DNA from: the human T2T-CHM13v2.0 reference genome, Homo sapiens
Assembly (NCBI RefSeq): GCF_009914755.1
Contig: NC_060931.1
Reading direction: 5' to 3' (one strand)
DNA length: 64,000 bases
Position numbers and translations under genes: made by a program. Within the stretch, counting starts at the first letter, position 1; every line of letters begins with the position of its first letter. Of the stretch, positions 52,264-64,000 are shown piece after piece. Under the pieces are notes generated by a model, which ran no database searches, was not told the DNA's origin, and saw only the letters and a list, made by a program, of their open reading frames with translations.

Positions 52264-52302
52264 CTGTACCACGGTGGGTGGGTGCTGAAGACCTGGAGTC
52301 AT
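52264..52302 (-). CDS. SMARCD3: SMARCD3 distal alternative coding start MTPGLQHPPTVVQ (470-aa isoform); whole exon 52264-52401
   Basis: CTCTCCTTTCAG acceptor at 52402, CAG|GTAGGT donor at 52263; 39 coding nt, phase 0, fits the exon starting at 22792; 483-26+13 = 470 aa, the length I recall for the other BAF60c isoform. Confidence 0.92.
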
Positions 52303-53389
52303 AGATGGCAGGGTCCTGCACCTGGAGAGTCATCCAGTGCCCCCTCGGTGCCTGGGCCCGGAGCCCACCGCGCCTGCAGCACCAAGGGCCATTCTGAGGA
52401 TCTGAAAGGAGAGGTCAGACCCTGAGCCCCAGCGTAGATTCAAGGAGGCCTCGGGAAGCTGCGAAGAAGCCAAACTCCCCGGAGTGGAGGTCTGAGGAAG
52501 CCAGGACACTGTGCAGAAAAAAGGGCCTAGGATGGAGGCAACCAGCATGGGCCAGCTGGGGCTGGGGTGGCACAAGGCTGGGCGCAGGTGGGAGCAGTAT
52601 GTGTGGGAAGCAGACAGAGACCGGCCCCAGGGTCCTGCGGGACAAAGAACTTGAAAGACAGAGCAGGGACCCCAGGTAGAGCCCAAGCCCTGACTGGAGA
52701 GGCCAGTTTTGGGGGTGTGGCAATGGTTGGAGGGAGAGAGCTGGGCATTGGAGGCAAAGGCCAGAGGGCAGGTCAGGATGGTAACTGGGATGGCCCTGGA
52801 GCCCAGGGGCATGGAGGGACTCCAGAGGTGGCAGGCAGGTAGTCAGCCTGCTCCATGACTACCAGCTGGCCTAGGCGCCTCCCTCCTGGTCCCTGCTAGT
52901 GCCTGCTCTGTCCTGTCCTGCCCTGCTTCCTTCCTTGCTGGAAGAGCAGGAAGGCCTCCAGCTCGTTGGGTCAGGACCCAGCTTATGAAATGAAGTCCCT
53001 GAGCAGACGGTGGGGCATGGGAGCTAAGAAGAGAGCAGTGCTGTAGGAGCGGGGTGTGGGTGACAGAGGTGGGGCTTGGGAGTGGCTCAGGGTCTGGTTA
53101 AGCCATGTGAGCAAAAGAGGCTGCTGCCCATGGATCAATCCTGAGCAGGGTTGGGAGGAAAGGGGATGAGGAAGGAGGAGGCTGGAGACAGGGAGTGCTG
53201 GGGATGGGAGAGCTGGTGGGGTCCGGGAGACAGAGTGGGAGGGGAGGATGAGGAGAGGAAGATGCGGTAGGGGAGGGGCTACCAGTCCAGGGTCGGGGGG
53301 GAGGTGCCCTGCAAGAAGGTGGGGGACAGAGGGACAACCTGAATAGGAGAGGGGTATCCAGGGAAGACGGTGGCCAAGTGGAGACAGAG

Positions 53390-54150
53390 AAGGTGCCAGG
53401 CAGGGGAATGATGGGAAGGTGCTAGGTAGGGGAAGGAGGGAGAGGATGCCAGGCAGGGGAAGGAGGGAAGGTGCCAGACAGGGGGAGTAGGAAGCAGAGC
53501 ATGCCAGGCAGGAGCAGGTTGAGAAAGTGCTCGGCAGGGGGGAGGTGACAGGCAATGGGAGGAGGTGGTGCCAGACAGGGGGAGGAGGGGAAGGTGCCAG
53601 GCAGGAGGGTGCCAGACGAGGGAAGGAGGGGAGATGCAGGTGGAGGGAGGATAGGAAGGTACTGGAGAGGGAAGGAGGGGAAGATGCCAGGCAGCGATGG
53701 GGAGGAGGTGGTGTCACAGAGGGGCTGAATGGGAGTCTGCCAGTCAGGGAAGAGGTGCAAGGAAGGGGTAGGAGGAAGAGGTACGAGGTTGGGGTGGGGG
53801 TGGAGGGAGGTGCCAGGCGGGGGGACGGAAAGAGTCAGGAGTGGGGGGAGATACCTGGAAAGGAGGAGGGGAGGAAGATGCCAGGAAGGGAGAAGGGGAT
53901 GCCAGGTAGGGAGGAGGGGAAGTGCCAGGTGAGGAGAAGGTGCCAGGCAGGAGAAGGAGGGGGGATGCCTGGCAGTGGGAGAAGGGAAGCCAGGCAGGGG
54001 GAGGAGGGGGAAGCCAGGCAGGGGGAGAAGGGATGCCAGGCAGGGAGGAGAAGGGATGCCAGGCAGGGGGAGGAGGGGGATGCCAGGCAGGGGGGAGGAG
54101 GAGGAGGAGGATGCCAACAGAGGCGAGCAGAGACTGCCAGGCAGGGAAGG
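53390..54150. repeat. Imperfect purine-rich tandem array with core TGCCAGGCAGG and GGA/G spacers, about 20 copies
   Basis: Core counted by eye about 20-23 times; strong G/A bias on the plus strand. Confidence 0.85.
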
Positions 54151-54620
54151 CGGGGGCGCCGGCGCAGCGCGGCCGGGAGGCGCCTTCGCCAAGGGCCGTG
54201 GGGGCCGCGCGGCGCGGGTCGCTCACCTGCTCCCCCGGGACCCCGGCCCGGAGCGCGGCCGCCCGCTCCCTGCTCGGCGCTCGGCTCGGCCCGGCGCCTG
54301 CGCCGCTGCAGCCCGGAGCGGGGGAGGCGCAGGGAGCGTCTGCAAAGAGCGAGGAGCTTAATAATGAGTTAGGGACCGGAGCAGGAAGCGTCGCCCCATC
54401 CAGCCGTCGGTGTGCTCGCCAGCTCGGAGGCCCTCGGCGGGCCCTGGCCAGACCCGTTGTGATCTTCAGCCTGTACACAGATGTGTCGTAGGCCTGTGCT
54501 TGCATCTGCACGCCCACGAGTCACACACGCAGTCAGCATCCTGTGTGGCCGCAGACATCACCTACACTAGGACCACACACGCGCATGCACGTGGGCGCGC
54601 ACACACAGGCACACAAACGG
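54120..54620 (-). promoter_or_regulatory. SMARCD3: SMARCD3 distal CpG-island promoter
   Basis: Dense CpG; an AT-rich CTTAATAATG (about 54357-54366) just upstream of the exon could be TATA-like on the minus strand. Confidence 0.78.
54227..54340 (-). other. SMARCD3: SMARCD3 distal non-coding first exon (5' end approximate)
   Basis: CAG|GTGAGC donor at 54226 in a CpG island, upstream of the 52402 acceptor. Confidence 0.7.
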
Positions 54621-55358
54621 TTGTCCTCACACAGATTCAGTCAGATCATCCTATGTGGCTGCAGACATTACCTAGACGAGGTCCCGGACACCCATGTGCA
54701 CCCCCCACCCCCTCAAAACGCACATACCCTGGGAGGCTTTGGGTCCATCAAGCCTCAGGGCCATGTTCTCACTAATGCCAATCTCCTCCTTTTATGTACT
54801 CAATACTTAAATTTGGCAGCTTGGAGAAGCCTATTCCCAGCTTCCAGCCAGACAAGCCCAGCTCTGGCCATCTCATGGGCTCTTCCAGGGCCCCGCCTCA
54901 CACGGCTGAGCTACCACAGTGCCCAGCACAGAGGGGGACCCCAGCCTACCTGCAGAGTGAAGGAGCCCTAGAGAGCTCAGGCAACGGCGGGGGAAGTGGG
55001 AGCACCTCCCTAAGCAGCCAGCGGGCAGGGAGCCTGCCAAGCATTTGGGGCCAGGTGGGCCTCGTAGGCCCCCAGTAGGAGGCAGGCAGGCAGCAGGGAC
55101 CCATGGTCTGAGGCTGAGGTCAAGGTCAGGTCCTTCTCCCTCAGGTTCCCGTCTCTGCCCCTGCCGATATCCAGCCTCTCCCCCAGGCCAGGTCACACCT
55201 TCAACACTAGGGGTATTTTGGGGTCTGGGCTCTGCACTGCCTGGGTTTGTCTCTGTTATGGGCAGGCCCAAGGCAGAGACAGAGCTTTTCCACCCCTTCC
55301 CTTTCTGGTATCTTCCTATCCTCCCTTCATCTGAAAATATTTCTGTTTTATTCTTTTA

Positions 55359-55655
<297 letters not shown>

Positions 55656-55659
55656 TGTT

Positions 55660-56385
55660 TTAAATTTTTAATTGTGATAAAATAAACATAATGTAAAATT
55701 TACCATCTTAGCCATTTTGCAGCGTATGTTAGGTTTTGTAAAGTATTTCACATTGTTGTGCAACCAGTCTCCAGAACTCTTTCCATCATCCCAAACTGGA
55801 GCTCTGTATCCATCTAACAACAACTCCCCCTTCCCCCTTCCTGTCCCCTGGCAACCACATTCTACTTTCTGTCCATAAATTTGACTACTCCATGTACCTC
55901 ATATAATGCCTTTGTGGCTGGCTTATTTCACTTCACACAATGTCTTCAAGGTTCATCCACGTTGTAACACAAGTCAGGATTTTCTTCCTTTTTAAGGCCG
56001 AAATGTATTCCACTGTGTGTATACACCCCTGTTGTTGTTATTGTATTAGAGATGGGATCTTACTCTGTCGCCCATGCTGGAGTGCAGTGGCACGATCTAG
56101 GCTCACTGCAGCCTTGGACTCCTGGGCTAAAGCAATCCTCTAGCCTCAGCCTCCTAAGTAGTGGGACTACAGGTGCACACCACCACACCAGGCTAGTTTT
56201 TGTATTTTTTGTAGTGATGGGGTTTCGCCATGTTGCCAAGTCTGGTCTCGAACTCTTGAGCTCAGGCGATCCACCCAGCTCGGCCTCCCGAAGTGCTGGG
56301 TTTACAGGCTGGAGCCACTGCACCGTTGTTTATCCATTCATTTACTGTGGGACACTTGGGATGCTTCCATCATCTGGCTGTTGCG
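55660..56385 (-). mobile_element. Old L1M 3' end (antisense) interrupted by an antisense AluJ (about 56047-56323)
   Basis: L1M 3' UTR blocks (TGGCTTATTTCACTT, AGGTTCATCCACGTTGTA, TTTATCCATTCAT) on both sides of the Alu. Confidence 0.8.
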
Positions 56386-58484
56386 ATTTGTGCTTTTACT
56401 CCCCTTTTAAAACACGCTGACATCAAACAGGAGGGAAACTGACCCTGGCTTGGCCCAAGGAAGACGTTCTCAGCCTTCCCACGCCCCTTCCCCCGCGCCT
56501 GTGTTCCTACCTTCAGGACCCTTACCCCAGGCACTCTTACACCTCTGGCTACTCAAAGGACCCGCTATGGACATTTTAACCACATTTGCTTACTTAATGC
56601 CCTTCATCAAAACTGATTCTTCTACCCGTTTTCATGAAGGGGCCTGAGTCCATGGTAAGGAGGAGTCCCTGCTGTCCTTCCTGGGGACATTTCCCTTTGA
56701 ACGAGGGGTTTTTGGAGGTGCAGTGTCTTATAACCCCAGGAAACAAACCTGGAGGCAGTGCTTGGACAGCAGGTGTGGCAGGGAAGGGAGAGGTGGGGTG
56801 GGTATTTTGAGTGGGGAGAGCATTGTCCAGTGAACTGGGAGAGGCTGAGAGCTTCTGAATGGTGGGTTTTGGTGCAGCTTGAAAGGCTTCCTGGGACCCA
56901 GACCCTGGTGCCCGGAGGTCAGCGCTGGCTTCACTCCCTTGGGCCGAGGATAACCTGTGTATAGGCAGTGTCTGCCCTCTCCCCACCATCTGAATGGCCT
57001 TAATGCTGCCTTCCCCTCCCACTGTCACCAGCTATTAACTTCACAGAATAAGGGTGGAAAAGCCCTTCCAATGAGACAGGTAGTTAGTTTCAAAAGTGAG
57101 GAGGGCAGTGAGGTGGCAGGGTCCTGTCATAGGGATTGGCAGAGCGGGCCCAGAGGGAGAGCAGGCAGCCAAGACACAGTGGGGAGTCGATGGGCACAGA
57201 CAACATCAGACAGACAGGCCTGGCCCGGGTGGTGCAGGGCAGAGCAGCCAGATGGGCATTCGGTCCCCTCTGACCCTGGCCCCACACCCCATAGCCTCCC
57301 TTTCTCCTCCTTGGCCCTGAGAGCCTGGACTGGGGATAAGGTTATCAAGGATAAGTCTGTGCCTCCCCAGGTGTCAGGGGAGGGACATAAATTTAGGGCG
57401 GCAGGTCTATCCCAGCACTCAAACCTGATTTCTAAATATCTCTTTCCTCATTTATCTCTCCCTCTGAGCTGTGCCTCTGTGAGGACAGGACTGGGGCCCA
57501 TCAGCCTGAACACTCTAGGGCCTAGCACAGTGCCTGGCACGGAGTAAGAGGAAGATCACAAGCCGTGGTGGGTGCAGGTGGGAGTCCTGGGAGGGTGGGG
57601 TGCTTTGGGGACCAGGGAGACCAGGCAGGGGTTAGACTGGGCTATAGGGTTAGGGGTCACGTTCAGGCATTCAGTCATTCAGTCATTCGTGAGCGTCCGA
57701 GGCTGCTCACTGCAGCACGGCTTGTATAGTAAGAATTCAGAAATGGCCTGCATGGTCATCAACAGGTGACAGATGACATAAATCCTGTGACAGCTGTAAA
57801 TGGTGACAGGATAAATTTATCATTCAATGAATGCTATCAGACAATGGGGAAACTGTCCATATACTGATCTTAGAAGGATCCCAAAGATCTGTCAAATGAG
57901 AAAAAGCAAGATGTGCAAACAGTACATAAAGCATGCTTCCACATGTGAGTGTGCGAGCATGTGCTGTGTGAACATGTGCATGCACACGTGTGAGTGTGTG
58001 CACATGTGGTGTGTGTACACTCCTCCAGAAAAATGCAGAAGAAACTGGCCAGAGTGGTTGCCTCCAGTGAGGCTGGAGGACTGGGTTGGGGGAAGACTGA
58101 CTTTCCACTGTGTATTCTTTTGTACATTTTTGAATTTCAAATATTTCACCTATTCAAAAAATAACTAAACATTTACAAAAACCACTCGTATCATCATTTA
58201 GACTTTCAATATATTCTGAGCACCTGCTACATAAAATCAGACGCACAGCTATGTGCCTTTAACCATGAACCCACACGTGACCCTCTCTCTGCTCATTCTC
58301 TCATTCATTTTGCATTTTTCCTCTCAAACCTCTATTATCAACATGTGCCTCGGTAATAGGGGTGAGGATGAATGAGATGCCACTTGACCTACGGGGGAAT
58401 TAAGACTTCTAAACAACTGGCAACACCAGCTAGAAGGGGCTAGTGCCGTCACAGAGGCCAGGCCAAATGCCAGAGGAGAGATGG

Positions 58485-59003
58485 TAGAATGGGACATGCC
58501 AGGGGCTGGGGGAGGGGGGGTAACAGTGCAATGAGGACACCGAGCTTCAGTTTCACAGGATGAGGAGCATTCTGTGGGTAGATGGCAGTGGTGGCTGCAC
58601 AGCACTGTGAATTTCTTCAGTGCCACTGATCTGTACACTTAGAACAGTGAAGATGGTAAATTGTATGTTATGTGTATTCTACCAAGTTTTACAAAAATAA
58701 TAAGTGAAGGCTGGGCGCAGTGGTTCATGCCTGTAATCCCAGCACTGTGGGAGGCTGAGGCGGGCAGATCACCTGAGGTCAGGCGTTTGAAACCAGCCCG
58801 GCCAACATGGCGAAACCCTTCCTCTACTAAAAATACAAAAATTAGTGGGGCATGGTGGCACATGCCTGTAATCCCAGCCACTCGGGAGGCTGAGGCAGGA
58901 CAATCACTTGAATCCGGGAGGTGGAGGTTGCGGTCAGCCATGTGCCACTGCACTCCAGCCTGGGCGACAGTGTAAGACTCCATCTCAAAGAAAAAAAAAA
59001 AAA
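58485..59003 (+). mobile_element. L1M 3' end (about 58485-58700) followed by an AluS (about 58709-59003)
   Basis: TGCCAGGGGCTGGGGGAGGG...TGCCACTGATCTGTACACTT L1 tail; Alu dimer with poly-A. Confidence 0.82.
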
Positions 59004-60612
59004 GGGAAAACATGCTAGAAGGATGGAAAGAGTGTTTATTCACCCACCACCTGTTGGGCTCTGTGGCAAGTGTTTGATCTTCCAATGGCCCTGCAGGGTG
59101 GACATTATTATTCACATTTACAGACGACAGGACACAGAGCCCAGGGAGATCTGTGACATGTTTGCGGCCACATAACCAGAAAGTGGCAGAGCTGGGATTC
59201 AAATCCACATGTGTCAGACTTCTTCCCCCTCAACTGGCAGCCTCTGGGGAAGGGAGTGGGAGCTGGAGGGTGGGGACATTTCACAGAAGAGGCAGCCTTG
59301 GTGCTGAGTGTTGAGGGGCCGTTGAGTCACTACCGGTAGGCAAGAAGGGTAGGAGAGATCCTGTCTTGTGAGGAGCAGCCTGAGCTGCTGTCACGGGTGT
59401 GAACAGTGGGCAGTGTGCCTGTGGACCCACCAGCGTGTTGGGGTGGGAAACAAGGCCAGCAAGGGGCATGGCTGAGGCGGAGGCTCTGAGATGCTCACAG
59501 AGGTGTGGGCTTGTCCTGGGCCATGGGGCACCGGCAGGCAAAGCTCTTAACCTCTCTGGCTGGCTGCCATACCTCCTGGAGCTCTTGGGCCCGCTTCCGG
59601 AAGACTTTCAGCACCTCCCACTCTATTCCTGATGGTCCCTCAAATATCCCCACAGATCAGGTCAAAAATTCCAGAAAATTTTCTTGAGCCTAGGAGTTCG
59701 AGACTGCAGTGAGCTTTGATCATGCCACTGTACTCCAGGCTGGACAACAGAGCAAGACCCTATTTCTAAAAAAAAAAAAAATAATAAGAAAAAATGTTCA
59801 GAAATTGCTCTGAGGTTAAATCAGATTTATTTTTGATTTAGTGTTTTTCTTTTCTTAAATAGTCCCCTCCCCAGTCATATAAGCTTACGGCCCCACAACC
59901 TGGACCTTCCCCTCCCTGGCTGAGCCAGATAGTAAACTATGAGTATTTTTTTTTCCTGGATCCCTTTTGTTTTCCCTGGAGTTAATGATCAGCTTTTTTT
60001 TTTAAAATAGACTTTATTTTTCAGAGCAGTTTTAGATTTACAGCAAAATTAAGCAGAAAGTACAGAGATTTCCATAAACCTTCTGCCGCCATATAGGCAC
60101 AGCCTCCTCCACAATCATCATCTCCCATCAGACTGGCTGCCCACAGCTGTCATCCTGGAGTCTCCCTTCACCATAGCCTTGGGGATTCCGTTCACCTCTC
60201 TTCTGTTCATTTATTTATTTAGCAAATAAGTATTGAGTCCTCACTATATGCCCAGCATTGTTGTAGGCACTGGAATACAGCACTGAACAAAATGAACAAA
60301 AGTTTCTGCCCAGTCAGAACTTATAATCAAATGGGAGAAATAGACAACAGCCAAGAAAAATATGTGAGGTGTTCATTCCAGTCATGCAAGGCTGGTTCAA
60401 TATTCAAAAATCAACCAATGTAATCTGCCATATTAACAGATGGAAGAAGGAAAATCACACCACATTGAGCAATGCAGGAAAAGCATTCAAAAAAATTCAG
60501 CAACTCTTTATGATAAAAAAAACTCTCAGAAAAATAGGAAAAGGGGGAAACTTCCTCATCATGATAAAGGGCATCTACAAAACACTTTGAGCTAATATCA
60601 CACTTACCGGTG

Positions 60613-61380
<768 letters not shown>

Positions 61381-61649
61381 AGTGAAAGACTGAATGCTTT
61401 CTCCCTAAAATCGAGGAAAGGCAAGGATGTCTACTTTCACCATGCTTCTTCAACATATTGCTGGAAGTTCTAGCCAGTGCAAGGCAAGAGAAGGAAATAA
61501 AAGTCATAGAGATAATAGAGAAGAAATAAAAGTGTCCCAATTTGCAGATGATATGATTGTCTACACAGAAAACACCAATAAGACTACAAAAAACCTCTAG
61601 AACTAATAAATAGGTTCAGCAAGACCACAAGATATAAAAGGATAAAGGA

Positions 61650-61968
61650 GTCCAAACACGGTGGTTCACACCTATAATCCCAGCACTTTGGGAGGCTGAG
61701 GCGGGAGGATCATCGGAGGTCGGGAGTTTGAGACCAACCTGGCCAATATGATGAAACCCCGTTTCTACTAAAAATACAAAAATTAGCTGGGCGTAGTGGC
61801 TGACGCCTGTAATCCCAGCCACTCGGGAGACTGAGGTACTAGAATCACTTGAAACTGGGAGGCGGAGGTTGCAGTGAGCCGAGATCGTGTCCCTGAACTC
61901 CAGCCTGGGTGATAGAGCGAGACTCTGTCTCCAAAAAAGTAAATCAATAAATAAAAATAAAAAATAAA
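61650..61968 (+). mobile_element. AluS inside the L1
   Basis: 16-bp TSD ATAAAAGGATAAAGGA at 61634-61649 and 61969-61984. Confidence 0.92.
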
Positions 61969-62729
61969 ATAAAAGGATAAAGGACACAAAATTATTATAA
62001 TTATACTTCTGTATACTAACAATGACCAAGTAGATACTAAAATTGAAAATACACTATAATTGACAATTGTCTAATAAAGTGGAAATACTTAGTGCAAATC
62101 TAACAAAACACATACAGCACTTGCATGCTGAAAACTACACAACATTGGTAACAGAAGTCAAGGAAAACCTAAATAAATGGAGAGATATAGCAAGTTGATG
62201 GATTGGAAAATTCAACATAGTAAAGATGTCAATTCTCCCAAAATTGATATACAGGTTTAATTCAATTCCTATCAAAATCCCTGCAAGAGTTTTTGTAGAT
62301 AAAGAGAATATTATTTTAAAATTTACATGGAAAGCAAAGGAACTAAAAATCCCAAGATATTTTAAAAACAGAAGAATAAAGTGGGAGGAATCACTCTACC
62401 CCATGTTAAGGCTTATTATATAGCTACAGTAATAAGACAATGTGGCATTAGCAAAGGGATGGACACACAGATCAATGGAACAGAAGAGAGAACCCAGAAA
62501 TAGACCCATGCAAATAAGCCCAACTGACTTTTGACAAAGGTTCAAAGTAATTCAATAGAGGAAAGATAGCCTTTCAATAAATGGTGTTGAAACAGCCAGA
62601 CATCCAAAGGCAAAAAAAAAAAAAAAAAACTCCACCTAACCTTCACACCTAACCTTCACATCTTATACAAAAATTAACTCAAAATGGATCACAGACACAA
62701 ATGTAGAAGATTAAGCTATAAAACTTGTA

Positions 62730-63015
62730 GGGCAAGCATGGTGGCTCACGCCTATAATCCCAGCACTTCAGGAGGCTAAGGAGTTTGAGACCAGCCTGGG
62801 CAGCAGAGCAAGACCACATCTCTAAGAAAAAATTGGCCAGGGGTCATGGCATGCACCTGTGGTCCTAGCTGCTTGGGAGTCTGAGGTGGAAGGATCCCTT
62901 GAGCCCAGGAGTTCAAGGCTGTAGTGAGCTATGATCATGCCACTGCACTTCAGCCTGAGCAACAGAACGAGAGCCTGTTGAAAAAAAAAAAAAAAAAAGA
63001 ACTAAAACAAAAAAC
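62730..63015 (+). mobile_element. AluJ inside the L1 (small internal deletion)
   Basis: Diverged Alu dimer with poly-A; CTAT(G/A)AAACTT on both flanks. Confidence 0.85.
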
Positions 63016-64000
63016 CAACTATGAAACTTTTAGAAAAAATATAAGAGAAAATCTTTGGGATCTTGGGCTAAGGGCCAAGTGAAGAATTCTTAGACTTGAC
63101 ACCAAACGGCCAATCCATAAAAGGAAAAACTGATAAATTGGATTTCATAAAAAAAAAACCTGTGTTTTGTGAAGACTTTTGCTCTGTGACAGAGGATGAA
63201 AATAAAAATCACAAATAGGAGAAAATATGTATAAGCTACGTATCAACAAATAACTAGTATTTAGACTATAAAGAAATTTTAAATCTCAGAGGTTAGAAAA
63301 AAATCAGATAACTCAATTAGAAAATGAGCAAAAAACACATATAGACCTTCACCAAACAGGACCTTCAGATGGCAAATAAGCCTTTGAAAAGATGTTCAAC
63401 ATCAGCAGCTGTTACACTACACACCTCTCAGAATGGCTAAAATAGAAACCAGTAACAACAGCAAACGCTGGCGAGGATGTGGAGAAACTGAATCACTCAT
63501 ACATTGCTGGTGGGAATGCAAATTGGTACAGCACTCTGGAAAACAGTTAGGCAGTTTCTTATAAAACCAAACATGCACTTAACCCAGCAATTGCACTCTT
63601 GGGCATTTATCCCAGAAAAAGGAAAACTCATGTTCCCCCAAAAATCTACATACCAATGTTCAGAGCAGCTTTATTCCTAATAGCCAAAATTGGAAACAAC
63701 TTAAATTCCTTCAACGGGTAAATGGTTAAACAAACTGTTGCACACTCATACCACGGCATACTACTAAGTAATAAAAAGAAAAAAAACACAGCTACACAGG
63801 GGAACCTCCAAATCATTTAAAAATTATTTCAATTTTTTGAGTTAACTGAAAGTGTGAAAAAGCCATTTTGAGTGAAAAAAAGCCAATCTCAAAATGTTAC
63901 ATACTCAATCATTCCATTTATATAACACTCTTAAAATGGCAAAATTAGAGAGATGGAGACCGGATTAATGCTTTCCAGGAGTTAAGGAGGGGACAGGGTG

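Noticed and set aside
53390-54150. Repeat-spacer appearance reminiscent of a CRISPR array
   Set aside because: Core only about 10 bp and degenerate, spacers are low-complexity GGA runs, the context is mammalian, and there are no cas genes.
52983-54517. Overlapping 190-280 aa ORFs in several frames
   Set aside because: Produced by the purine-rich repeat array and the CpG island.

Overview
Human-type genomic DNA (Alu/L1/L2/MIR-rich, with CpG islands), recognisable from its proteins as the 7q36.1 ABCF2-CHPF2/MIR671-SMARCD3 locus. The 5' half of ABCF2 lies on the minus strand (four coding exons, 794-3574; the gene runs off the left edge). Head-to-head with it is the complete CHPF2 gene on the plus strand (4 exons that splice to 772 aa), with the MIR671 hairpin inside its last coding exon. 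Tail-to-tail with CHPF2 is the complete SMARCD3/BAF60c gene on the minus strand. It has 12 shared coding exons plus two alternative N-termini: a proximal first exon (483 aa) and a distal exon at 52.3 kb (470 aa) fed by a non-coding first exon near 54.2 kb. The remainder is repeat-rich intron and intergenic DNA ending in a degraded L1 with a nested LTR and Alus. All exon boundaries were derived by hand from GT/AG sites and reading-frame arithmetic. The best candidates for something undescribed are all in SMARCD3: a 135-nt AT-rich, splice-site-flanked segment that is open only in the BAF60c frame; a uORF overlapping (ATGA) the start of a spliced 101-aa alternative ORF on the distal isoform; a strong alternative donor that would add a premature stop; an orphan CpG island; and a TGCCAG purine-rich repeat array. 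I cannot check annotation databases, so the novelty of these candidates is unverified.
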